A stretch of 64,000 bases of DNA from an uncultured Alphaproteobacteria bacterium (GCA_944391515.1 CALXTW010000007.1:3889-67888), one strand, 5' to 3'; positions 49,260 through 58,373 are shown, numbered from the stretch's first letter. Made by a program: numbers and translations. The notes: generated by a model not told the origin, from the letters alone.

Positions 49260-49952
49260 TCAAAACTCTCTCCAAAAAACCGGACGCACAAAACCACCGA
49301 CACGAGCCTTAAGAAATACTTGTTTTTGAGCATCCGCAAGACGTACCAGAACTGCACTTGTTTCATCTGCTTCATTCGAACTCCAATACAAACCTGATAA
49401 GCTCACCAAATCTAGTTCTTTCAAGGCCTTATTAATCCGTTCTTTATTGTCTGAAATTTTAATCAATTCATAGGTTGACGGCAAAAAAGCCTCACCAGCA
49501 TTCAGTCCATTTTGAGCAAAATCATAACACCACTCTGCAGCTTCCGCTTTCAAACGACGCTCTTTGGTTTCCGCTAAAATATTCTGCGTAGCTATAGCTC
49601 CGTCTAATTCTTTCTGATTGAGTTTCACCCTCAAAGCGGATGTTGACCAAGGCAAACGTTTTTCCTCCAAACAAACGGCTAAAAAACGCTTTCCCTCTAC
49701 ATACACAATTATACCTTTGACGACTTTATCATCTCTGATGTCAAAAGAAAAAGTGTTATCCTCATAACAGAACATTCCCGAGCAAGGCAATTTCTCTTGA
49801 TGAGTTTCATCATCATTGTTTTGTCCTACTTGAGAAAAAGCCACTTTGTTATCAGTTTTGACTTTAGTTTCAAAATAGCGAAAAACTTCCTGAGGAGAAA
49901 GCCCTAGTCTTTGGGCATACTTAAATAACTTTACAAATTTTTCTTGTTCCAT
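49260..49952 (-). CDS. DUF1566-like (Lcl C-terminal-like) protein, cytoplasmic-type paralogue
   Basis: 230 aa with GMFCYEDNTFS, LPWS, GEAFLPSTYEL, YWSSNE and a VRPVFW end. Homologous to 55990-56538 and to the C-terminal modules of 21656-23704. Confidence 0.75.
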   Translation of the reverse strand: MEQEKFVKLFKYAQRLGLSPQEVFRYFETKVKTDNKVAFSQVGQNNDDETHQEKLPCSGMFCYEDNTFSFDIRDDKVVKGIIVYVEGKRFLAVCLEEKRLPWSTSALRVKLNQKELDGAIATQNILAETKERRLKAEAAEWCYDFAQNGLNAGEAFLPSTYELIKISDNKERINKALKELDLVSLSGLYWSSNEADETSAVLVRLADAQKQVFLKARVGGFVRPVFWREF

Positions 49953-50283
49953 AAACTAAATAATTAAAGGGTTAATAATATAATTATGATGCATAAGTAT
50001 TATAAAAACTTCAATTTGTAAACCATAAAAACACACTTCGCAAAAGAACCAATGAGCAAACCATGCTTACGACAGGTAACACAGAGAGCAACGCAAAGAT
50101 ATGGCACTTCTGTCTTGGTTACTCTAGAGATTTTCTGTAATAATAGATATCCTCGAGTAAACTTGAGGTTCTAAATCAGCTACAAACCAACGGTTTGAGC
50201 ACGCTAAAGGCGGGGAGCGGTGTTGTTCCAACACCTCGTCATTCAGCCCCGATTAAACTCGGTGTTTTCTATAAGGCTAATAA

Positions 50284-50318
50284 TAAAAAAGCCTTCAAGC
50301 TAATGCTCAAAGGCTTTT
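50284..50318 (-). terminator. rho-independent terminator after rpoA (hairpin could also terminate plus-strand transcription)
   Basis: AAAAGCCTT...AAGGCTTTT stem with A/T runs on both sides, 20 nt downstream of the rpoA stop. Confidence 0.75.
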
Positions 50319-50337
50319 GTAATTTTCAAACTTTCAA

Positions 50338-51348
50338 TTAGAAGTGCTCATCACAACGTTTGATAAGTTCTTCAATGTTTTCAGGCGGCCAACCCGGAGT
50401 ATCCATACCCAAATGAATACCCATCTTAGCCAAAACTTCCTTAATTTCATTCAAAGACTTACGACCGAAGTTCGGAGTACGCAACATTTCAGCTTCAGTT
50501 TTTTGAACCAAATCACCGATATAGATAATATTGTCGTTCTTCAAGCAGTTAGCAGAACGAACTGACAATTCAAGTTCTTCAACCTTCTTCAAGAGATTAC
50601 GATTGAACGGTAATTCTTCTTTTTCAGCTTCAACTTCAGCTTCCGGTTCATCAAAGTTAATGAACGGTTTGAGTTGGTCTTGCAAAATGCGAGCTGCAAA
50701 GGCAACAGCATCTTCAGGAGAAACGACACCGTTAGTATCAACAATCATTGTCAACTTATCATAGTCAGTAACTTGACCGACACGAGTATTTTCAACTTTG
50801 TAAGATACTTTTTTAACCGGAGAATAAATTGCATCAACAGCAATAACACCGATAGGAGCATCGGCAGACTTATTCATGCTAGCCGGAACATAACCTTTAC
50901 CGGTATTAACTGTTAATTCCATATTGATTTTTGCACCGGCATCCAGATTGCAAATAACCAAGTCAGGATTTTTAATTTCAACATCATGACCGGCATCAAT
51001 CATAGCTGCGGTAACCTGACAAGGTCCTTCAGCTTTCAACGTCATGGTTTTAGAACCTTCGCTGTGAACAGCAACGGCCAAACATTTAACGTTGAGAACG
51101 ATATCAGTAACATCTTCTCTGACACCCGGGATAACCGAAAATTCATGCAAAACACCGTTAATTTTGATAGCGGTGACTGCGCCGCCTTGTAAAGAAGAAA
51201 GCAAAACTCTTCTCAAAGCGTTACCTAAAGTTAAACCAAAACCTCTTTCCAAAGGTTCGACCACGATTTTGGCTCTGTTTCCGCCTTCGCTGGGCACAAC
51301 TTCCAAATTCGTTGGTTTAATAAGTTCTTGCCAATTTTTTTGAATCAC
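50338..51348 (-). CDS. rpoA: DNA-directed RNA polymerase subunit alpha
   Basis: 336 aa with an N-terminal domain ([14 protein letters not shown]) and a C-terminal domain (LELSVRS.NCL). Confidence 0.97.
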   Translation of the reverse strand: MIQKNWQELIKPTNLEVVPSEGGNRAKIVVEPLERGFGLTLGNALRRVLLSSLQGGAVTAIKINGVLHEFSVIPGVREDVTDIVLNVKCLAVAVHSEGSKTMTLKAEGPCQVTAAMIDAGHDVEIKNPDLVICNLDAGAKINMELTVNTGKGYVPASMNKSADAPIGVIAVDAIYSPVKKVSYKVENTRVGQVTDYDKLTMIVDTNGVVSPEDAVAFAARILQDQLKPFINFDEPEAEVEAEKEELPFNRNLLKKVEELELSVRSANCLKNDNIIYIGDLVQKTEAEMLRTPNFGRKSLNEIKEVLAKMGIHLGMDTPGWPPENIEELIKRCDEHF

Positions 51349-51444
51349 TGGTATGTCCTCTTTATTTAGTGCATATGCAAATTTACAAAAATCAAAAGAG
51401 GGCGAGGCTGTCTAAAAAGCAGCCTCTCCATCTCTAACCTAAAA

Positions 51445-51837
51445 CTAAACGCGACGTCTCTTTCTCAAACGGCATCCGTTGTGAGGAATCGGAGTAACAT
51501 CACGAATTGTAGTGATAGTAAAACCGATAACCTGCAAAGCTCTGATAGCGGATTCACGACCAGAACCAGGACCTTTAACTTCAACTTCCAAGGTTTTCAT
51601 ACCATGTTCTTGAGCTTTTTTACCAGCTTCTTCAGCGGCAACTTGAGCGGCATAAGGAGTCGATTTACGAGAACCTTTGAAGCCTTGAGCGCCAGAAGTT
51701 GACCAAGCTACGGTATTACCTTGAGCGTCTGTAATTGTTACTCTAGTATTGTTGAAAGTAGAATTCACATGGGCTACGCCGGCAGTGATATTCTTCTTTT
51801 CTTTTTTCTTAACACGTTGTGTTACTGCTTTTGCCAT
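51445..51837 (-). CDS. rpsK: 30S ribosomal protein S11
   Basis: 130 aa with [17 protein letters not shown] motif. Confidence 0.97.
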   Translation of the reverse strand: MAKAVTQRVKKKEKKNITAGVAHVNSTFNNTRVTITDAQGNTVAWSTSGAQGFKGSRKSTPYAAQVAAEEAGKKAQEHGMKTLEVEVKGPGSGRESAIRALQVIGFTITTIRDVTPIPHNGCRLRKRRRV

Positions 51838-51847
51838 GGGAACCTAC

Positions 51848-52216
51848 CTATTTCTTCTTATTCGCAATAGTTTTACGTTTACCTTTACGGGTACGAGCAT
51901 TTTGTTTTGTGCTCTGACCACGAACCGGCAAACCTTTACGATGTCTCAAACCTCTGTAGCAACCGAGGTCCATCAATCTTTTAATGTTAACACCGACATC
52001 ACGGCGTAATTCGCCTTCAACGACATAAGAACTGTCAATAACTTCACGAACCTTAGCAATTTCTTCCTCGCTCAACTCTTGAACGCGGCGATTGCAGTCG
52101 ACACCTGATTTTGCACAAATATCTTGAGCAGTTTTTCTTCCGATACCAAAAATATAAGTTAAAGCTACTTCAATTTTCTTGGCAGTTGGAATGTTTACAC
52201 CAGCTATACGAGCCAA
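51848..52216 (-). CDS. rpsM: 30S ribosomal protein S13
   Basis: 122 aa starting [10 protein letters not shown]. Confidence 0.97.
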   Translation of the reverse strand: MARIAGVNIPTAKKIEVALTYIFGIGRKTAQDICAKSGVDCNRRVQELSEEEIAKVREVIDSSYVVEGELRRDVGVNIKRLMDLGCYRGLRHRKGLPVRGQSTKQNARTRKGKRKTIANKKK

Positions 52217-52364
52217 ATTAACTCTCCATATATTTAATTATTACCACATTTAAAAAGTTGATCACCACTTTTCAAAATTAAGCCGGATTATAGGCTATAA
52301 TTCGATTGTGTCAACCACCCTTTTACAAAAAAATGCATTTTTTTGCAAAAAATACAAAACTTTA

Positions 52365-53036
52365 TTATGCAACAGCCAATAAATCGTCCACCTTTTTGGA
52401 AGTTGCCTCGATTGTACCCGTTCCATCCACACAGCGGAGCAACCCTTTTTTCTCAAAATAAGGGATTGTCGGATAAGTCAAAGCGCGATAATTGACGAGT
52501 CGATTCTGTACGGTTGAACGATTATCATCAACCCTACGATAAAAATCCGTTCCGCCACAAACATCACAAACCCCGTAAACCTTTGGTTTTTGGAATTTAT
52601 CATGATATCCGGCACCGCAAGTCATGCAAGAATAACGGCCTAAAATTCGTTCCATAATAATTTCATCAGGAACTTGAATCTCAATCACGGCATCCAGCTT
52701 AATCCCTTTCTTGGAGAGCATTTCCTCCAAAACTTCGGCCTGAGGCAAAGTTCTTGGAAAGCCATCCAAAATAAAGCCGTTTTTGCAATCATCTTGGTCG
52801 ATTCGCTCAGAGAGCATTTTGATAATCATCTCATCAGGAACCAAATTTCCGCCATCAATCAACTCTTTGATTTCTAGTCCCAAAGGTGTACCTTTAGCAG
52901 CCTCTGCACGAAGCATCTCACCAGTTGAAAGGTGTGCAATAGCGATTTTTTCTTTCAGGATTCTCGCTTGTGTACCTTTACCGCAGCCGGGAGCTCCGGT
53001 AAAAACAATATGCAAACCCAAACCGTTAGCGTTCAT
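52365..53036 (-). CDS. adk: adenylate kinase (Cys4 zinc-lid type)
   Basis: GAPGCGKGTQ P-loop; lid C..C...C..C. Confidence 0.95.
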   Translation of the reverse strand: MNANGLGLHIVFTGAPGCGKGTQARILKEKIAIAHLSTGEMLRAEAAKGTPLGLEIKELIDGGNLVPDEMIIKMLSERIDQDDCKNGFILDGFPRTLPQAEVLEEMLSKKGIKLDAVIEIQVPDEIIMERILGRYSCMTCGAGYHDKFQKPKVYGVCDVCGGTDFYRRVDDNRSTVQNRLVNYRALTYPTIPYFEKKGLLRCVDGTGTIEATSKKVDDLLAVA

Positions 53037-54388
53037 TATCTTCTCTTCCCTCTGTTAGCAAGAGCGGCTTTTTTGATTAAACCTTCATATTGATAAGCAA
53101 TCAAATGAGATTGAAGCTGACCAACAAAATCCATGGTAACTTGAACCACGATGAGCAAAGTTGTACCACCCAAAACGAACGGAACAGATAATTTACTGAT
53201 GAGGATTTCAGGCAAAATACACAAAGCCGTAAGATAAGCAGCACCCAAAACAGTCAAACGAGTGATAACATAATCCAAATAGTCAGCAGTATTTTTACCC
53301 GGGCGAATACCGGCAATAAAGCCACCATGTTTCTTCAAGTTTTCTGCTGTTTCTTCAGGGTTAAACACAACTGCTGTATAGAAGAAAGCAAAGAAAATAA
53401 TCAAAGCGGCATACAAGCTCAAATACAAAGGTTGACCATGCCCCAACAACTGGCTGAGTGTTTGTACCCAAGACGGACCATTTTCAGCTGAGAAATTAGC
53501 GATAGTAATCGGCAACAACAACAATGAGCTGGCAAAAATCGGCGGAATAACACCTGTCGGGTTAATTTTGAGCGGCAAGTGGGAATTTTCGCTAGCCATC
53601 ATTCTGGCACCCATTTGGCGTTTTGGATATTGGATGGTGATTTTGCGTTGAGCTCTTTCAACCAAAACAATCACATAAATCAAAGCCAAAACCATAACCA
53701 TCAACATTGCAATGACGCCCAAAGACATAGAGCCAACACGACCCAATTCAAAAGTTTGCGCCAAAGCACTCGGAATATTAGCAATAATACCGACAGTAAT
53801 GATTAAGGATGAGCCATTTCCGACACCTCTAGAGGTAATTTGGTCGCCAAGCCAAACAATAAACATTGTTCCACCCACGAGAGAAACCACGGTTGTAAAC
53901 TTAAAGACAAAACCAGGGTTAACCACGGCCGAAACACCGGCACTACCGGTCATTCCTTCCAAACCGACAGCAATACCGTAACCTTGAATAATCGTAATCA
54001 AAACAGTCAACATTTTGGTATAATGGGTCATTCTGCGATGACCGGCTTCACCATCTTTTTTCAAAGCAGCCAAAGACGGTATAACAGATTGTCCCAATTG
54101 CAAAATGATTGATGCCGAGATATAAGGCATAATGTTCAAAGCAAAGATGGTCATACGTTCCAAAGCACCACCGGCAAACATATTAAACATACCCAAGATG
54201 CCGTTGGAGTTACGTGCAAAAATATCCGACAAGATATGAGGATCAATTCCCGGCAACGGAATAAACGTTCCCAAACGGAACACCACCAAAGCCAACACCG
54301 TAAACCAAAGTCTTTTTTTCAATTCGGTAGCTTTGCTAAAAGCCGACACATCCATATTTGCGGCCATTTTTTCTGCCAATGATACCAT
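53036..54388 (-). CDS. secY: preprotein translocase subunit SecY
   Basis: 450 aa, 10-TM profile, with GIDP and the NIMPYISASII plug region. Confidence 0.96.
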   Translation of the reverse strand: MVSLAEKMAANMDVSAFSKATELKKRLWFTVLALVVFRLGTFIPLPGIDPHILSDIFARNSNGILGMFNMFAGGALERMTIFALNIMPYISASIILQLGQSVIPSLAALKKDGEAGHRRMTHYTKMLTVLITIIQGYGIAVGLEGMTGSAGVSAVVNPGFVFKFTTVVSLVGGTMFIVWLGDQITSRGVGNGSSLIITVGIIANIPSALAQTFELGRVGSMSLGVIAMLMVMVLALIYVIVLVERAQRKITIQYPKRQMGARMMASENSHLPLKINPTGVIPPIFASSLLLLPITIANFSAENGPSWVQTLSQLLGHGQPLYLSLYAALIIFFAFFYTAVVFNPEETAENLKKHGGFIAGIRPGKNTADYLDYVITRLTVLGAAYLTALCILPEILISKLSVPFVLGGTTLLIVVQVTMDFVGQLQSHLIAYQYEGLIKKAALANRGKRR

Positions 54389-54658
54389 TTTTACTTCCTT
54401 ATTATTTAATAAACTGAGATGATGAGGAATACACTTCCTCCATTATGCTAAGATATTAATACACTAAAAAATTTTTAATTCAACTAAATTATCCAGCAGT
54501 TGCACAGTTTCCCTCAAAAAAAGCACCTTTATCTTTAATTTTGGAAAAGATACAATTTTTACCCTCATACATACGCCTAAATAACTCTTTACATCTCAAA
54601 CAAATTACCTTATAAGCATTGCACAACTTTTATTATTAATGTTAAATAATTTGACTTT

Positions 54659-55186
54659 ATGGAAAAAAGAACAAAAAAATTGAACTATCAGCTTCTCCAT
54701 GTGTATCAGACCAACAGTCCAATACTTTGCACTGAAGCAAACTTCAAACGCTTGTTTAAAGAGTCTTACGCGCAAGCAATCATCCACTTTTCGATTGACT
54801 TGCAAGAAATGTTTGGGTTAGATCCTCTGTTTAATCAACCTGAAAAACAAGCCGAGCAAAAAGCCAAAATAAAGGCTCTGTTCTGCTCTTGCTTTAAGGA
54901 ATTTCTGGACGAACAAGATCTTTTCCGTGAAACTTTAAAATATCTCATCTCCGGAACTGTAATGGCTTATAATTTTGCTTATGGTTTCAAACTCTATTCA
55001 CTCTTCAAAAAAGATGAACGCTTGGAGCTGGAGGGTAAGCGACTTTTCATTTCCAGAATAGAGTCCAACCTCCTTTCTCAGCACTATGAGAAAAACCCAT
55101 TACAAAAAACTCTGGATGACGAAGGAACACAAAGTCTTGAACAAGCTCTGCAAACAAAGCTGTCACACTACAAAATCTTTGCTTAA
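54659..55186 (+). CDS. hypothetical protein (opposite strand to the ribosomal operon)
   Basis: 175-aa ORF closed by a strong terminator. No recognised motif. Confidence 0.55.
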   Translation: MEKRTKKLNYQLLHVYQTNSPILCTEANFKRLFKESYAQAIIHFSIDLQEMFGLDPLFNQPEKQAEQKAKIKALFCSCFKEFLDEQDLFRETLKYLISGTVMAYNFAYGFKLYSLFKKDERLELEGKRLFISRIESNLLSQHYEKNPLQKTLDDEGTQSLEQALQTKLSHYKIFA

Positions 55187-55190
55187 ACAC

Positions 55191-55226
55191 AAAAAAGAGT
55201 GGTTTGTTTTTTCAAACCACTCTTTT
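55191..55226. terminator. bidirectional terminator
   Basis: Perfect 12-bp stem AAGAGTGGTTTG-tttttt-CAAACCACTCTT with A/T runs on both sides. Confidence 0.85.
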
Positions 55227-55246
55227 GCATTTTTGGAGAATCTGCA

Positions 55247-55492
55247 TTAGTAGCCTCGGCTACGTTTTCTTAAGGCGTATACCCCTAAACATCCCAGAGC
55301 CAACGTCGCAAACGCACCTCCTACAAAGAAGATATTTGCCGCCAGTTCCATATTGTTTTTTACTCCGGCAATCCAAAATGCAACAATTGCCACTTCTGAG
55401 ATTGTCACAAAGGCCCAGAAGATTTTTTCCAACTTTTCCATGTTTTTTTTAATTTTATGAGGCTCTACCATATTTTTAGACGGCCTTACCAC
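55247..55492 (-). CDS. small two-TM membrane protein
   Basis: 81-aa ORF (alternative ATG at 55441) with two hydrophobic helices and a basic C-terminus. Confidence 0.5.
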   Translation of the reverse strand: MVRPSKNMVEPHKIKKNMEKLEKIFWAFVTISEVAIVAFWIAGVKNNMELAANIFFVGGAFATLALGCLGVYALRKRSRGY

Positions 55493-55502
55493 AATTGTCT
55501 AA

Positions 55503-55540
55503 ATAAAAAAAAGAGCCTGGACTTTTCAATCCAAACTCTT
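55503..55540 (-). terminator. rho-independent terminator; copy 1 of a 34-nt repeat (55507-55540)
   Basis: On the minus-strand RNA, AAGAGUUUGGA pairs fully with UCCAGGCUCUU (two G-U pairs) and is followed by a U run. On the plus strand the same positions are A-C mismatches. Confidence 0.75.
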
Positions 55541-55550
55541 TCCATTCAAA

Positions 55551-55808
55551 CTAAAACTCATCCCCCAAAAAAAGACGAGGAAAAGATTTTGGCTCTGAAG
55601 ACCAAAAACGTCTTCTAGCTTTTTCTCTTTCAACCTCCTCGGCGGCAAGAATTTGCTCCCTTGTAATGGGGGTATACAAACCGTGTCCATCAGGGAAAAC
55701 TTGTGCAATTACTCCCTTCAACTCCTTGCCATTTTCTAATTCTTTTGAGAATGTTCCATCTTGATAAAGATACATTCCTACTTCCGGCTGATTTTTTTTT
55801 GTTTCCAT
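55551..55808 (-). CDS. collapsed DUF1566-like paralogue (possible pseudogene)
   Basis: 85 aa. It keeps the family N-terminus (GMYLYQDGTFSKEL..GKELKGVIAQV) and a C-terminal FWSSE trace, but lacks the ~100-aa core. Confidence 0.45.
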   Translation of the reverse strand: METKKNQPEVGMYLYQDGTFSKELENGKELKGVIAQVFPDGHGLYTPITREQILAAEEVEREKARRRFWSSEPKSFPRLFLGDEF

Positions 55809-55945
55809 AATTTTTAATTTTATGAGGCATCTATCCTAACTTGTATAGAACGAAACCTCGGGTTAATAAATTCATAATTCTTATTTCTCTGAAATGTAAT
55901 ATACCACACTTTTAACCCTCGCACAAGCGTTTTTTGTCCATATTT

Positions 55946-55980
55946 CAAAAAAGAGTCTGGACTTTTCAATCCAAACTCTT
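55946..55980 (-). terminator. rho-independent terminator; copy 2 of the 34-nt repeat (55947-55980)
   Basis: Identical to 55507-55540 at 33 of 34 positions, immediately downstream of the 55990 stop. Confidence 0.75.
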
Positions 55981-55989
55981 TTATTCTAA

Positions 55990-56538
55990 CTAAAAAGCGA
56001 CCCAGAAAACCGGTCGAACATGGCGCAAAGCGGTTTTATCTTCATACCAAGCATGCCCATTATACATTCGTACTTTCCACACTTCTCCAAAATTACATTC
56101 TCGAGATGACCAATGCCATCCGTCCATCTCGGGCATTTTCAAGCACTTCAAGGCACGATTAATAGTAAAATAATGCTCACTTAATTTTTGTAATTCATCA
56201 TCAAAAGGTAAAAAAGCCTCTCCTTTATTAACCCCATCTTGATGATACTCCACACACCATAAAGCCGCTTCAGATAAAGAATCTGAATTTTGCATGGCTT
56301 TCAAAATTTTCTCGGTGGCTGCTTTCCCATTCCGAACCAACCGAATATCAAAGACCATCAAGCCACTACTGGACCATGGCAATTTTTTCTCATGCAAACA
56401 AACCACCAGAGCCCGATGTGCTTCAACATACCCTACAATACCGCTAACAGTTTTTCCTGTCACTAATTCTTCAGAAAATGTTCGGTCCTCATAACAAAAC
56501 ATCCCCGGTTTCACTCTAAAGTTCTTTTCCATAATCAA
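55990..56538 (-). CDS. DUF1566-like (Lcl C-terminal-like) protein, cytoplasmic-type paralogue
   Basis: 182 aa with GMFCYEDRTFS, LPWSSS, GEAFLPFDDEL, WHWSSRE and a VRPVFW end. Confidence 0.75.
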   Translation of the reverse strand: MIMEKNFRVKPGMFCYEDRTFSEELVTGKTVSGIVGYVEAHRALVVCLHEKKLPWSSSGLMVFDIRLVRNGKAATEKILKAMQNSDSLSEAALWCVEYHQDGVNKGEAFLPFDDELQKLSEHYFTINRALKCLKMPEMDGWHWSSRECNFGEVWKVRMYNGHAWYEDKTALRHVRPVFWVAF

Positions 56539-56596
56539 TAATTTTAGAATAATAAATATTTTAAGAGTCCTATATCATATTTTGTCACCATTGCAA

Positions 56597-56628
56597 CAAA
56601 AAAACCTCTCCCATGAGGAGAGGTTTTT
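56597..56628 (-). terminator. rho-independent terminator directly after rplO
   Basis: AAAACCTCTCC-catga-GGAGAGGTTTT, with the T run on the minus strand, 20 nt after the rplO stop. Confidence 0.8.
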
Positions 56629-56647
56629 ATTTCTAAGCTCTTGTCGA

Positions 56648-57106
56648 TTAAGCTTCGATAAGGGTAACTTTACCACCTGCTTTTTCAACAGCGGCAATAG
56701 CAGCCTTAGAAGCAGAATTAACAGAAACGTTAACTTTGCTGGTGATAGCACCGCGAGCCAACAAACGAACACCGTCCAAGCTCTTGGTAACGATACCGGC
56801 ACTCATCAAAGAAGCCAAATCGATAGCATCGGCAGACAATTTTCCGGCATCAACAGCTTTTTGAATAGTATCCAAGTTAACAACTGCGAATTCTTTAGCA
56901 AACGGATTTTTGAAACCACGTTTCGGCAAACGACGATAAATCGGCATTTGACCACCTTCAAAACCGTGTACGGCAACACCTGAACGAGACTTTTGACCTT
57001 TTTGGCCACGTCCGCAAGTTTTACCTTTGCCGCTTCCGATACCGCGACCAACGCGAATACGGCGGGAGGTAGCACCTTCGTTGTCTTTTAATTCATTAAG
57101 TTTCAT
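56648..57106 (-). CDS. rplO: 50S ribosomal protein L15
   Basis: [12 protein letters not shown]...GRG.GSGKGKT.GRG.KGQ. The ATG at 57106 with AAGGTG 6 nt upstream is preferred to the track GTG at 57115. Confidence 0.96.
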   Translation of the reverse strand: MKLNELKDNEGATSRRIRVGRGIGSGKGKTCGRGQKGQKSRSGVAVHGFEGGQMPIYRRLPKRGFKNPFAKEFAVVNLDTIQKAVDAGKLSADAIDLASLMSAGIVTKSLDGVRLLARGAITSKVNVSVNSASKAAIAAVEKAGGKVTLIEA

Positions 57107-57235
57107 TTTTTTCACCTTAATCTACATCTGTGGTTTTGATAAGGAGGTGTGCTGCGCCGTTAATTTTTTTCGCCGTGTACAAATAGCTACACAAGAACAA
57201 AAATTAACCAGCATGACACCCCCTTTGCAAAACCC

Positions 57236-57418
57236 TTATTCCTCAACTTTTACCAAGTGGGGAATTTTATTAATCATTCCACGGATAGAAGGAGTATCTT
57301 CTAACTCAACGGTTTTACCCATTTTGTTCAAGCCCAAACCTTTTAAGGTAGCGCCTTGAGCTTTAGGACGTCCGATAGGACTTCCAATTTGAGTAACTTT
57401 AATAGTTTTCTTAGCCAT
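57236..57418 (-). CDS. rpmD: 50S ribosomal protein L30
   Basis: 60 aa with [11 protein letters not shown]...TL.GLGL motif. Confidence 0.95.
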   Translation of the reverse strand: MAKKTIKVTQIGSPIGRPKAQGATLKGLGLNKMGKTVELEDTPSIRGMINKIPHLVKVEE

Positions 57419-57421
57419 TGA

Positions 57422-57988
57422 TTATGCCTCCTCTTTTTCCAATTTAGCATTAGCTGTATTTTCGCGGCGGCTAACGATATCTCCGACTTTCTTACCGCGT
57501 TTAGCAGCAATCATGCGAGGAGAATTGATAGCTTCCAAAGCGTTGAAAGTAGCTTTAATCATATTGTAAGGGTTGTTAGAGCCCAATGATTTAGCAACAA
57601 CGTCTTGAACACCTAATACTTCAAAGATAGCACGCATCGGGCCACCGGCAATAACACCGGTACCGGCAGGAGCAGTTCTCAAAACAACCTTACCGGCGCC
57701 GAAACGACCAGCAACGTCATGATGCAGAGTTCTGCCTTCTCTTAACGGGATGCGAACCATATTCTTTTTGGCTTCATTGGTAGCTTTGGTAATAGCGTCA
57801 GGAACTTCAGTAGCTTTACCGGAACCATAACCAACACGACCTTTTTGGTCACCAACGACAACGACAGCGGCGAAAGACATATTACGTCCGCCTTTAACGG
57901 TCTTGGCAACGCGATTGATATGAACTAATTTTTCAACTAATTCATCTTTCTTTTCGACTTTATTGCGACGATCTGCAGTTTGTGCCAT
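57422..57988 (-). CDS. rpsE: 30S ribosomal protein S5
   Basis: 188 aa with [12 protein letters not shown] motif. Confidence 0.97.
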   Translation of the reverse strand: MAQTADRRNKVEKKDELVEKLVHINRVAKTVKGGRNMSFAAVVVVGDQKGRVGYGSGKATEVPDAITKATNEAKKNMVRIPLREGRTLHHDVAGRFGAGKVVLRTAPAGTGVIAGGPMRAIFEVLGVQDVVAKSLGSNNPYNMIKATFNALEAINSPRMIAAKRGKKVGDIVSRRENTANAKLEKEEA

Positions 57989-57999
57989 TTCCTAAACTC

Positions 58000-58362
58000 C
58001 TAGAATTTCAAACCAGCGGCGCGAGCAGCGTCTGCCAGAGCTTTAACACGACCATGATAGATGTAGCCGCCTCTATCGAATACGACTTCACTAACACCGG
58101 ATTTAGCAGCTCTTTCAGCGATAACTTTGCCGATATAGCTGGCTGCTTCAACTGTAGATGATTTTTTAATGTTCTCACGAACTTCTTTATCCAAGGTGGA
58201 AGCAGAAACGACAGTAGAACCTTTTACGTCATCAATGATTTGCGCATAGATATGCTTACCACTGCGGAATACAGACAATCTTAATTTGCCGTTAGCAGCG
58301 TTTTTCAAAGCTGTTCTAATGCGAGCTTTTCTTTTTTGAAATAATTCTCTTGGCGTATTCAT
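58000..58362 (-). CDS. rplR: 50S ribosomal protein L18
   Basis: 120 aa with RLSVFRS.KHIYAQ and [15 protein letters not shown] motifs. Confidence 0.97.
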   Translation of the reverse strand: MNTPRELFQKRKARIRTALKNAANGKLRLSVFRSGKHIYAQIIDDVKGSTVVSASTLDKEVRENIKKSSTVEAASYIGKVIAERAAKSGVSEVVFDRGGYIYHGRVKALADAARAAGLKF

Positions 58363-58373
58363 CTAATTAATCC

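Noticed and set aside
49953-50283. Considered whether the structured GC-rich segment is a two-piece alphaproteobacterial tmRNA, SRP RNA, 6S RNA or RNase P RNA. The minus strand even begins CGGGGCUGAAUGACG, reminiscent of a tmRNA 5' end.
   Set aside because: The segment has no T-arm (GGTTCGA-type), no CCA-ending acceptor partner and no tag ORF ending in Ala-Ala. It also lacks the SRP GGAA...GCAGCC motif and the RNase P GAGGAAAGUCC motif. It is kept only as an unclassified ncRNA or leader candidate.
57027-57359. A 110-aa plus-strand ORF carrying an in-frame AAGGAGGTG.
   Set aside because: It is antisense to rplO and rpmD and has no homology signal. The AAGGAGG is better explained as the complement of the CCUCC arm of the minus-strand hairpin in the rpmD-rplO spacer.
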